The notes below the pieces were generated by a model that saw nothing but the letters and a program-made list of their open reading frames with translations, did no database searches and was not told the origin of the DNA. Shown here piece by piece: positions 41,701 through 50,090 of a stretch of 64,000 bases of DNA. The stretch comes from a virus: positions 1-64,000 of the IMG/VR virus record IMGVR_UViG_3300021962_000061. One strand, 5' to 3'. Numbering within the stretch: position 1 is the first letter of the stretch; each line of letters opens with the position of its first letter. The translations under genes and the position numbers were made by a program.

Positions 41701-43882
41701 TTGTAGATTTACTTGTAGATTTAGTTGTTGCATAACCTGTGTCGTAGGTAGTGTTAAACACTGTTGCAGTAGAAACATTTGTTTGTCTAGTTGTAAATCT
41801 ACCTGTGTTTGTAATCTTTTGTGTGATAAATGTTGTGTCAATAGTTGTATCAAATACAGATGTTGTATTTTTAGATGTAGCAAAAATAGTATCAAAGACT
41901 GTTGTAACAACACTAGATGTATCATATCCTGTTTGATAAGTTGTATCAAAGGAAGATGTGGTTGATTTGGAAGTTGTCTTAGTAGTGTTAATTGTTGTAT
42001 CAGTTAGAATTGCTGTATCAAACGCACTTACAACAGTTGTGTCGGTGCTATACGCTGTATTAAATGTGCTTAAAATAGTTGTGTCAAATGTACTTACAGT
42101 ATCAAATGTGGTAGTTGTATCAAACGTGGATGTAGTATCATAAGCAGTTGTAGTTGCCACAATAGTAGATGTAGCTTTACTTGTAGCAACACTAGTTGTT
42201 TTGGATGTTGCAGTTGCTCTAGATGTTACAATTACCGTGTCATAAGTTGTATTGTAGGTTGTAGTTGTTGTGTACGTTGTGTTAAACAGTACTGTTGTCT
42301 GCGTTGATCTACCTGTTGCTACTGCTGTACTATAAGATGTTGTGTATGTAGTTGTTGTTGATACGGACGTAGCTCTGGATGTTGCAAAAGCAGTTGAAGT
42401 AGCTTTATTTGTAGCTTTTGAAGTTTCAAAAGTTGTTGTTCTTGCTGTATTAAAAAAGAACGATGTGTCTCTAATTGTATTGGGTACCACAGCTGTAGTA
42501 CCAAATGTTGTGTTAAAAAAGAACGATGTATCTCTAACAGTGTTATTTAATACTGTTGTTTGTGTAGATTTTGATGTTGCTGTTTGTTTATTTGCTTCAA
42601 ATACTGTTACGGTATATGTAATAAGCTCCTCTTGGAGTTCGGGGTCAAAATAAGATGATACGGTTTCTCTAGAAGTAATAAAGGCTGTAACCGTATTGAA
42701 GGTTGATGTTGTATTGAAGAAGAATGTTGTCTGGAATGTAGTTAATAAAGCTGTATTTGTTGCTTTAGATGTATTAAAAAAGAATGTTGTCTGGAATGTA
42801 GTAAATAAAGCTGAGGTTGTTAAAAATGTAGTTGTTTTAGATGTATTATATACTGTATTAAACACCGTTGATGTTGATGAGGTTGTATCATATACAGTTG
42901 AATAGCTTGAAGTTGTAGCTTTAGAAGTAGCTGCACTGGTGTCAAATATGCTCAAGTATGATGTTGTTGTTGCCTTTAAACTGCTTGTTGCTTTGGTTGT
43001 ATCAGTGGATTTAGATGTCGATTTACTAGTAGCAAAACTTGTGTCAAAAGATGTTGTGGTATTGAAAGTAGTTGTATACTCAGAATCATAAGACGTGGTT
43101 GTAGCTACAGCTGTATCTGTGGATTTAGATGTACTTGTAAGCTTAGATGTTTGTGTTGATTTTGAAGTGCTTGTAGATACAGTTGTGCTATAAGACGTTT
43201 CTCTTGATGTACTTTTTGTTGTATCCGTTGAATAAGATGTTTCTCTAGTTGTTTCATAGGCAGTAGTTGTTTGATATGATGTCTCGTAAGTTGTTGTATA
43301 AGACGTTGTCGTAGCTTGATTTGTACCTAGAGTTGTTGTTACAAGTGTATTAAATGTAGTAGTTGTGTTCTTAGATGTGGACTGGGATGTATCAAGCGTA
43401 GTAGATGTTATCTTTGTTGTAATATAGGCTGTCGATCGTGATGTATTATAAGCTGTTACGGTATCAACAAGGGTTTCATATGCCGTAATGAATATGCTGG
43501 AAGTTGTCTTGGATGTACTCTTTGTCGTTAATACAAAAGTATCAAACGTCGTATTAAATACAGTTGTTGTTGACTTAGATGTAGAAGTAGCTTTGGATGT
43601 GTCAATATTAGTTACATACGCTGTAGTCGTTGTGGATGATCTGTCTGTATTGTACAGCGTAATGTATGTTGTTTGAGTTATATAAGCTGTTGCAATTTCT
43701 GTTTGTCTTTGCTGTTGTATTTCAAAAGAAGTTTCAGTAGCAGTTCTCGGAATTGCTTTAGTAATTTCAATCTTGGCACCGGAAGCGGGAGCTGTAACAA
43801 ATACAACATTGTTACCAGTAATAGTATAATTAGTACCTAGTACTTGCGTTATGCCATTGACTTTAACAACTATGCTGCTCAT
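38783..43882 (-). CDS. giant Thr-rich self-complementary hairpin protein, baseplate-associated
   Basis: 1699 aa; N-terminal VKVNG..Q..GTNY...F.TAP domain; same repeat grammar and shared motifs as 14212-16200. Confidence 0.8.
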   Translation of the reverse strand: MSSIVVKVNGITQVLGTNYTITGNNVVFVTAPASGAKIEITKAIPRTATETSFEIQQQRQTEIATAYITQTTYITLYNTDRSSTTTTAYVTNIDTSKATSTSKSTTTVFNTTFDTFVLTTKSTSKTTSSIFITAYETLVDTVTAYNTSRSTAYITTKITSTTLDTSQSTSKNTTTTFNTLVTTTLGTNQATTTSYTTTYETSYQTTTAYETTRETSYSTDTTKSTSRETSYSTTVSTSTSKSTQTSKLTSTSKSTDTAVATTTSYDSEYTTTFNTTTSFDTSFATSKSTSKSTDTTKATSSLKATTTSYLSIFDTSAATSKATTSSYSTVYDTTSSTSTVFNTVYNTSKTTTFLTTSALFTTFQTTFFFNTSKATNTALLTTFQTTFFFNTTSTFNTVTAFITSRETVSSYFDPELQEELITYTVTVFEANKQTATSKSTQTTVLNNTVRDTSFFFNTTFGTTAVVPNTIRDTSFFFNTARTTTFETSKATNKATSTAFATSRATSVSTTTTYTTSYSTAVATGRSTQTTVLFNTTYTTTTTYNTTYDTVIVTSRATATSKTTSVATSKATSTIVATTTAYDTTSTFDTTTTFDTVSTFDTTILSTFNTAYSTDTTVVSAFDTAILTDTTINTTKTTSKSTTSSFDTTYQTGYDTSSVVTTVFDTIFATSKNTTSVFDTTIDTTFITQKITNTGRFTTRQTNVSTATVFNTTYDTGYATTKSTSKSTTSIFDTTTTYDTGVDESRNTATTFASTTNRSTSRDTDVNTTTTYVILATQTVYSSTYQTQYETVAGIITSVDTNVLTSKVTDTEFVFQNRNTLRDTVVATTNPTLIATTSVYDTVYSSVFVTTYETYNTLVATSKTTASAFNTSLSTNVSTTTAYDSVADTTIDTSTSIATSYETTLSDSRNTDLVKATARTTSSLYNTVVDTEYASQYSTSKSTTTGYVSQFDTSTTFDTSISTSRATALSKGTEVITYFNTSQATDKPTTTSRSTVFVSNFATVSRVTEYSTSTVINTTYDTRRGTEITTVYDSSTEFATAYNTARNTSTSSITSKSTSTVYDTDYITSIETDVITSKNTTTAFDTLSSTVITSSTTYDTNIDTAKTTATAYATNYATTKSTTSTFDTVFSTSVNTSTAFDTGYDTGNQTTTSYITTSSTATTFLTLFRDTALETDVTTSTSKTTATSLGLTSKGTITITSSVTSKATTRSTDIITDTLYPMSGDYDTTTVFETVIGTVYLTTIGTTTSYNTSYQTNSGAGTFVDTTISTSKTTNTTYVTSSGFFTSSTTTTSFNTVINTNPGQTSKDTATTVGTLTVYNTVYDTTFNTTTQYLSAYSTAFETARSTYTNTTLSTSRNTLTTFGTTKSTATSKLTSTTGSTTYKDTSLDTDVTTSTVKNTLTTFNTTTGYDTTLSTSTTFDTTFAITQSSAATTTTFDTVYKDTALDTDVTTSTSKSTTTAFTRYEGGKTTSTDYDTVFLTTPFGSTTFNTTRDTYTSTTTTTAFLTDTAKVTDSILITQFQTATSKTTSTITSITSTAFETSSTTVSALLTTKSTATSKSTLSAVSTQTSTSFLTSTTYNTASGQTQQLTSKSTTTVIDYKDRITEFDTLTDVELTTVFLTGSKLTSRATNILTNTQTFEYVRDTTRTTEVITTFDTVYKDTDLDTTVTTATSIVTDKTTTTAYETAIQTNYDTVYINN
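38788..38795 (-). promoter_or_regulatory. late promoter TATAAATA upstream of gp8
   Basis: Exact consensus at the end of the preceding gene. Confidence 0.75.
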
Positions 43883-45840
43883 GCCCCACCAGGAATAGAG
43901 TATGCGTTTGTACTACCATCACCAACAAAACCCCTACCAGAATAGCCTGTTGTTGCTGATGTTACCTCACTAGAAATCAATACACGACCAAACTTTTCAA
44001 CACCTGCAGGGTGCCACAACTTTCTTAGTAAGTCACTATACTTGTCAAATACAATAGAGGATCTTACTTCGTATGAAAAATCTTGGTAGTAAAAACTATC
44101 GTGTATGTACTTATCTGAGTTTAAAAATCCTCTAGTGGATTTAAATCTACCTTCACCTTCACCTTGCTTGAGCACCTCAAGAGTACCTGTACCTTCTAGT
44201 TGGGTGTTTGCCAGTGACACAAGAGTAACAAATTCATTTGGCTCATATCCAAACCCCGAATCAGTAATTTTAACAGCACCAACAGCGTCTGTACCAAATC
44301 CTGTTAATGCTGTAATTACAGCATTGTTGCCAAGATAACCATTACCACTTTCTCCTCTGCCAGCTTCGTGTTGAACATCAAGCAACTTCAAAGTTGATAT
44401 AATAGTATCTACTGCTTTCACTTGAAGATTAGTGGTATAGCCTGAGCCAGGGTTGACAGTTTTTAGACGTCCAATGGTGCCCACTAAATAGTTTTGAAAT
44501 CCTAAAGCATCCTTCAGAAGTGTATCAAAACCAGCTTCAACATTGGATGATAATCCATATCCATTTGCTGTAGGATAAGACAATTGGCCAATTATCATAT
44601 TAGTGACATTGTTAGCTGTACCAATATAAGTTGTTGTTTGCCCGAGAGCTGAAATTTTTAGTGGAGATGTAAATAGGTTGTGCGTGTCTACTAATGTTTG
44701 GATCGCCAAGTTTGCTTCTTCCCCACCGCCGGCTATTTCAGCATCAAGTATAGCCGCCACACCAACACTTGGACTACTTGATGTATTAATAACACTGATC
44801 ACTACAGTGTTTGCGTTTAAGAAACCATTACCACCATTTGTTAGTGATATTGTTACAATACCACCCACAGTATTTGTACTGACGTTTGCTATTGCATTAA
44901 TAGAGCCGTTTGAAAGAATAACAATATCACTGTTGTCATAGCCAGAACCACCCGATGTTATGATTACATTTGTTACAGGACCTGTAATTTGAAATTCTGT
45001 GTTATCAATAGTATAGCCGCTACCACCATCAAGTAATCTAAAACTTACTGTGCCGTCTCTTTCTTCTAATTGTGTAACAACTGCTTTACACCCCTTGCCC
45101 TTACCTCTAACTTCTAGCTCATCTCCTAGATTAAAACCAAACCCTGTTTGGATTCCTGTTATTGATGTGGCTGAACCAATGATTTGAGGGGAGTTGATAG
45201 CACTAACAGCGGGTTCCGTGCCTTCAGGTAAGCGGGCTTGGTCAATTAAAACGGTTTCATCGTTTCGGAAGTTTCCTTCAACATCTGTCAAATAAAATAT
45301 GTTAATGTTTTTATTATTAATATATTTTGTTTGAAATCTTTCTACATAAGCTCTTGCACCAGATACACGCCCAACAATAAACTCACCAACAAATAATGAA
45401 TTGAAAGGCTTATAGGATACTTCAAGGTAGATGTTCTGCCCCCATTCACCATCAGAAAGTCTGAAGACATCGTCACCTGGTTTGTATACACTTATACTAT
45501 CACCAAATAACAATTGAAATAATAGTTTTAAACCACGCTCGGTTCCCTTTGAACCATATACTTCTTTAATATGTTTCTGGAGTAGCTGCTTATCGCCTGA
45601 AATATCTTCAGGAATTGGAAACATGTATTTTTTCTTAAACTCATTAATAAAGACATCAATTGTTTTATCAATATCTCTATATTCCAACAATCTTCTTGAA
45701 TCATAAAGAATTTGATCTTGAGATTCTAACCACTCGAAGTATGCTTTAACAAAAGCAATAAACAACGGACCTTCATCTCTGTAGATAGAAGGAAATTGAT
45801 CGGCAATAAATGGAGAAATGAATCTTTCTATTTGCTTCAT
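43879..45840 (-). CDS. gp7: baseplate wedge protein (gp7-like)
   Basis: FIAFVKAYFEWLE, DIDKT, YGSKGTERG..LLFQLLFG, HDSFYYQDFSYEVRS, WHPAG. Confidence 0.82.
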   Translation of the reverse strand: MKQIERFISPFIADQFPSIYRDEGPLFIAFVKAYFEWLESQDQILYDSRRLLEYRDIDKTIDVFINEFKKKYMFPIPEDISGDKQLLQKHIKEVYGSKGTERGLKLLFQLLFGDSISVYKPGDDVFRLSDGEWGQNIYLEVSYKPFNSLFVGEFIVGRVSGARAYVERFQTKYINNKNINIFYLTDVEGNFRNDETVLIDQARLPEGTEPAVSAINSPQIIGSATSITGIQTGFGFNLGDELEVRGKGKGCKAVVTQLEERDGTVSFRLLDGGSGYTIDNTEFQITGPVTNVIITSGGSGYDNSDIVILSNGSINAIANVSTNTVGGIVTISLTNGGNGFLNANTVVISVINTSSSPSVGVAAILDAEIAGGGEEANLAIQTLVDTHNLFTSPLKISALGQTTTYIGTANNVTNMIIGQLSYPTANGYGLSSNVEAGFDTLLKDALGFQNYLVGTIGRLKTVNPGSGYTTNLQVKAVDTIISTLKLLDVQHEAGRGESGNGYLGNNAVITALTGFGTDAVGAVKITDSGFGYEPNEFVTLVSLANTQLEGTGTLEVLKQGEGEGRFKSTRGFLNSDKYIHDSFYYQDFSYEVRSSIVFDKYSDLLRKLWHPAGVEKFGRVLISSEVTSATTGYSGRGFVGDGSTNAYSIPGGA

Positions 45841-47636
45841 TATTCTCTGATACCATTTACGGTTACAGTAAGATATTCGTCACTGAGCTGTAATATTTTA
45901 TTTGCTTTTGTTTCAATATCAAAATTTTGTGTCTTAGCATATATGCTAATGTATGACCCGTCAAAATCTTCGTATGTTATTTCACTGATAGTTAATAATC
46001 CTGTTGCATAATCAATTGTACCCACTTTATCAGCTAGCAATACAATTTCATTATTAATTACCGCAACTACCATCAAGTTACCTTGACCATCATCCTTTAT
46101 TCTTGCCTGATAATCTACATTGCCAATACTATACGTGAATACAGAAGTTTCAATTGAAGGTTGAGTAGTTTCATAAATTTTTCTTGTTGTTAGATTTTCA
46201 GTCTTGATTTGATTTTCAAACGAGAATGAAACTCTTGTTGCCACACCCTTCTCTATAATAACTTGTTTGACTAATCTTAATTGGGTATTATTGCTGATGA
46301 TAGCGTCTTCACTATCATCTATTGCTTTACATAGTTTGGAGAATCTTAAATCTGACCCAAACTTTTCAAGATTATCTGAACCCCAAGTTAGTATTGTTGA
46401 CTCAACAAGCGACTGGATATCTCTTGCTGATCTACTTGTATTATTGATGTTGTAAAGAACATTGGTTACTACTTCTGCTAGAAAATAATCTGGATCTACT
46501 ACTACAGGATCAATTGATATCGATGTTCTTTCCTTCAAGAAATTATAAATTTGTGTTTTTAATGAAGCAGGTAACTTGGTTGTACCAATTGGTTTGGCTG
46601 CAACAATTACCTTACCATACTGCTTTGGTTCCGTCTCTTCACCACCATATGCTGTCACAACTTGGAGAGATGGGAATTCTTGTCTTGTTAAGATAATAAA
46701 ATCTTCTACAGTAACAGCCCTATTCTGAGTTGGGAAGTATCTTGGAGCATTAAATTTAATTTCATTATCTGTCTCGTGTTCTGCACCACCTTGAGCTGCC
46801 GTGACAGTTGTTACAGTAATACCAGTATATCCATCAATTGGTGTTGGTGCAGTGAATGTATTGACACCATTACCATCAATGCCATTGGTTTCTCTATAGT
46901 TAACAGTGATAACATTGCCATCCACCAATTTTTTACCAATGCTACCATTACCAAACACAAGCTCAAACAAATGGTCTTCAGCACCTTGAACAAAGAATAT
47001 CTCAGCAGTGCTATCTAAGCCAAATAGGAATGTCTCTTTATTCCATGTTCGCTCAGTTGTTGAGCTCGTAGAATCTTTAACAGTTACGCTTATTGATGAA
47101 GTATCAACATTAGCTGATTGTAGAAGATATCTTGCTGAGTTGTTAGCGATGAATATTTCTCTTACGATATTACCTTCATACACACCAACGTTGGCAGCTT
47201 TATAAACGCCGTTCTCTGGTCTAATAACTAAGGTTTCGTTTGTTGTAAAATAGTAGGTTGTACCATTTTCTGTCCTACCATTAATTTCATAATACTTTGG
47301 TATTGTGATAGAATCAGGGGAATCAGTGGGCACAACTGTAAAATTAACGTAGGCAACGGCTGATGTTCTTGATCTTGGGGTGTAATTTAACTCTTTAGAA
47401 TGCGATACAATTGATTCCCTAAGTGTTGCTGTATCAAGAAACATTTCGCTGCCTACCATGTTGAGGTAGACGCCATTCATATATGTGTTATAAGCTAACA
47501 CATCTAATAATACAGAAAGATTGGACCCTTCAAAATCGTAGTCTTTAAAAACATCTTGTTGGGATAAAAATGTCTTTAGTCTAGATTTATAGTTTTGAAA
47601 ATCTAACTCAGTAGTTGTTAAGAAACCATTAGCCAT
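45840..47636 (-). CDS. gp6: baseplate wedge protein
   Basis: LDFQNYK, DYDFEGSNLSVLLDVLAYNT, QNRAVTVEDF. Confidence 0.95.
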   Translation of the reverse strand: MANGFLTTTELDFQNYKSRLKTFLSQQDVFKDYDFEGSNLSVLLDVLAYNTYMNGVYLNMVGSEMFLDTATLRESIVSHSKELNYTPRSRTSAVAYVNFTVVPTDSPDSITIPKYYEINGRTENGTTYYFTTNETLVIRPENGVYKAANVGVYEGNIVREIFIANNSARYLLQSANVDTSSISVTVKDSTSSTTERTWNKETFLFGLDSTAEIFFVQGAEDHLFELVFGNGSIGKKLVDGNVITVNYRETNGIDGNGVNTFTAPTPIDGYTGITVTTVTAAQGGAEHETDNEIKFNAPRYFPTQNRAVTVEDFIILTRQEFPSLQVVTAYGGEETEPKQYGKVIVAAKPIGTTKLPASLKTQIYNFLKERTSISIDPVVVDPDYFLAEVVTNVLYNINNTSRSARDIQSLVESTILTWGSDNLEKFGSDLRFSKLCKAIDDSEDAIISNNTQLRLVKQVIIEKGVATRVSFSFENQIKTENLTTRKIYETTQPSIETSVFTYSIGNVDYQARIKDDGQGNLMVVAVINNEIVLLADKVGTIDYATGLLTISEITYEDFDGSYISIYAKTQNFDIETKANKILQLSDEYLTVTVNGIRE

Positions 47637-47637
47637 G

Positions 47638-48060
47638 TTATCTTACCCTATCTAATAGAAAATCCAGAGTCTGGACATCTTCTGATGTGTCCATTCTGAA
47701 TCGTATTGTAACATTATACGAGTTTGTGTCGTAGTTTGCCTGAACTACTACCTGTTCTAGAATAGCTCGAGGCTCATAGTTTTCAATCACTTCCGTAATA
47801 TAATCTTCAACAATCGATTCAGTTAGAGGTGTCGCCGGCGAAAATAGTAATGATCTTAGGTTGCCGCCAATCTCAGGATCAAGTAATCTTTCAAACTTAT
47901 CAGTTAACACTAAGGATTTAACCGATCTTTTAACTGAGTCAACGTCTGTTAATCTATTAACATCTTTTGAAAAGGGATTATAACCAAATCCTATACTCAC
48001 ATCTGAGTACTTGGCATTAGTCTTTGCAAATGTAGATGTTGTTTTGATGTAATTAGACAT
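47638..48060 (-). CDS. gp25: baseplate wedge / sheath initiator
   Basis: SVKRSVKSLVLT..FER..DPEIG..L..LLF, IENYEPRA. Confidence 0.93.
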   Translation of the reverse strand: MSNYIKTTSTFAKTNAKYSDVSIGFGYNPFSKDVNRLTDVDSVKRSVKSLVLTDKFERLLDPEIGGNLRSLLFSPATPLTESIVEDYITEVIENYEPRAILEQVVVQANYDTNSYNVTIRFRMDTSEDVQTLDFLLDRVR

Positions 48061-48080
48061 TTAAAGCCTCTTAATCTGAT

Positions 48081-48088
48081 TATTTATA
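48081..48088 (-). promoter_or_regulatory. late promoter TATAAATA upstream of gp25
   Basis: Exact consensus. Confidence 0.8.
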
Positions 48089-48415
48089 TTAACCATTTGC
48101 AAAGACATTATGTGAACCCTCAGCAATGACATTTTGTTCTGGAGTGCCAGTACCATAATGATCATCTTGTCTACCAATTTGCTTGTTGCCAATAAAGACA
48201 TTTGGAGAGTATTTGTCTAAAACAGATTGATCCACTTCACACCCCTTTCTTTTATGTTCTGCTATTTTATTGCCCTTGACGGGTATTAATTTAAAATTAG
48301 CATATACATAACTGCTGTTAACCTCTCCAACTGCTGTGTTGACAGGGTTTCCACACTGATGGCCTTGACCAGTAGGTGATTGTACTCTATCTCCCTCTCT
48401 TGCTACAGCTGGCAT
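48089..48415 (-). CDS. PAAR-like spike tip protein (gp5.4-like)
   Basis: MPAVAREGD, His/Cys metal ligands, SPNVFIG, GSHNVFANG; directly after gp5. Confidence 0.85.
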   Translation of the reverse strand: MPAVAREGDRVQSPTGQGHQCGNPVNTAVGEVNSSYVYANFKLIPVKGNKIAEHKRKGCEVDQSVLDKYSPNVFIGNKQIGRQDDHYGTGTPEQNVIAEGSHNVFANG

Positions 48416-50088
48416 TATGCTACCGCCGTTGGTTTGAGATCTACTAATTTATTCCGTGCATAGGTGCTGTGGTTATTGAATGTTGCAAGTGGTAATCCGC
48501 TCTTAGAAACGCCATCACCATACGCAATGTGAATCCACCCCGAACCCCCATTTGTTGTATATTCTAATAAAAATTGCTTTGCAATTTTACCAACAAGTGG
48601 GTATATTTTCTGAGCAGCTTGGTAATTTGACATACCATGTACCTTAATATCCACTGCTCTACCAATATCGTGGTCAGACACTTTACCACTTGCGGAAACA
48701 CCAGTTTTTCCTGATTCCCTAAATGCAGAAGTAATAGTGAATCTAAAACCAGCTGCCTTAATAGGTTCAAGAATATTTTCTGCTAGTTTGACCAGATTGC
48801 AAAGTATATCAGACTCACTCTGTCCACCCTGAGCTCTCAGTTTTCTTGTTCCCCCTTGTGTCATATCAGCAAGCGTGAAGTTTTTTGAAATTTTTACTTG
48901 TTTGTAATCATCCTTAAGTTGGATAGCACCACAAGAAACATCTTTCTTCTCACCACCAGCAGGAGGTGTTGATGATTCCCCTTCTGCTGGTGGTGTAGTA
49001 TCAATAGGGGGAAACCCTGCCTCTACTCTTAATGCATTGATCTGTTCTGGTGTCTTTTCTACATCATCTTCTACAGCAAGTAGTTCAAATACAGTAGGCC
49101 CACCAGAGCTCTTAGTAATTGCTTCAGGTGGCTTGATGGTATCTAGTGGTTTGGCAGTTGGCTTATTAAAATGAACTTGACTACCTTGTAGTTCTACATT
49201 ACCGCCAGAGTATATAATAGCGTTACCACCTGAATCAATATTTGTGGCACCACCAACAGCAACATCAAAATTGCCACCAATATCCATTCTTAAATTACCA
49301 CCAACTCTCCATGTAGCATCACCAGTTGTTGAGATATTTGTATTTGCACCAGCTAGAATGTTAACAGACCCAACAACAGACATATTCATGTTACCACCAG
49401 TATATGTGTTTTCGTTATTGAACACAATCTGGTAACGACTATTAGCACATCTATATACTGTTGAGCCATCTGGATGGAATTCAATAAACGAACCCTTCCT
49501 ATGGAAAATTTGAACTCTTTCAGACGTTGGTGTATCATCCAATTCAATTACATGGCCACTATTAGTTTCCATTACATGGTTGAATGGATACCTTGCATCA
49601 AATTGGGAAATTGGTTCTGAAAATTTTGTACCATCAGCAGCTGGTACTGCAGCCGTGGCTGATGACTTACTATAGGCTACTGCATTTCTATCAGCAGTAC
49701 CTTCCTCACCTCTAGCTAGTCTTGAATTTGTTCCTTCATTAATAAACCTTGGATATGTCCCAGATGGGTCGTAGAATCCTTCTGAGGTGACTGCTTGTGT
49801 TTCAGGTATACTAACAATTGAGCCAAGAACAATAGGTTGCTGCGCAAGTTCACCATCCACAAAAAAGCCAACAACCCAATCACCTTGGTTAACAAGTGGG
49901 GCTGACATAGCTGCTGTAGATGATACAAATGGTGCCCAAGGTAAGTCGCTTGTTGGCAATAATGCTTTATCTTTTGTGTGATAACCAATACATCTCACTT
50001 TCACTCTGTTGATTAGTAAGGGATCGTTAACATCCTCAACTACACCCATAAACCATGTCATTGCTCTAAACTGTGCTTGCCCTTCCAT
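48415..50088 (-). CDS. gp5: baseplate central spike with C-terminal M15 metallopeptidase
   Basis: OB-fold WFMGVVEDVNDP...RVKVRCIGYH; YPFNHV.ET.SGH..E.DDTP; beta-helix; ITSAFR...SDH..GRAVD...WIHI. Confidence 0.92.
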   Translation of the reverse strand: MEGQAQFRAMTWFMGVVEDVNDPLLINRVKVRCIGYHTKDKALLPTSDLPWAPFVSSTAAMSAPLVNQGDWVVGFFVDGELAQQPIVLGSIVSIPETQAVTSEGFYDPSGTYPRFINEGTNSRLARGEEGTADRNAVAYSKSSATAAVPAADGTKFSEPISQFDARYPFNHVMETNSGHVIELDDTPTSERVQIFHRKGSFIEFHPDGSTVYRCANSRYQIVFNNENTYTGGNMNMSVVGSVNILAGANTNISTTGDATWRVGGNLRMDIGGNFDVAVGGATNIDSGGNAIIYSGGNVELQGSQVHFNKPTAKPLDTIKPPEAITKSSGGPTVFELLAVEDDVEKTPEQINALRVEAGFPPIDTTPPAEGESSTPPAGGEKKDVSCGAIQLKDDYKQVKISKNFTLADMTQGGTRKLRAQGGQSESDILCNLVKLAENILEPIKAAGFRFTITSAFRESGKTGVSASGKVSDHDIGRAVDIKVHGMSNYQAAQKIYPLVGKIAKQFLLEYTTNGGSGWIHIAYGDGVSKSGLPLATFNNHSTYARNKLVDLKPTAVA

Positions 50089-50090
50089 AA

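Noticed and set aside
38850-43676. Many Val-rich plus-strand ORFs and Gln/Leu-rich minus-strand ORFs over the Thr-rich genes (also 14406-16067)
   Set aside because: Shadow frames of ACN-rich repeats; no RBS or promoter support
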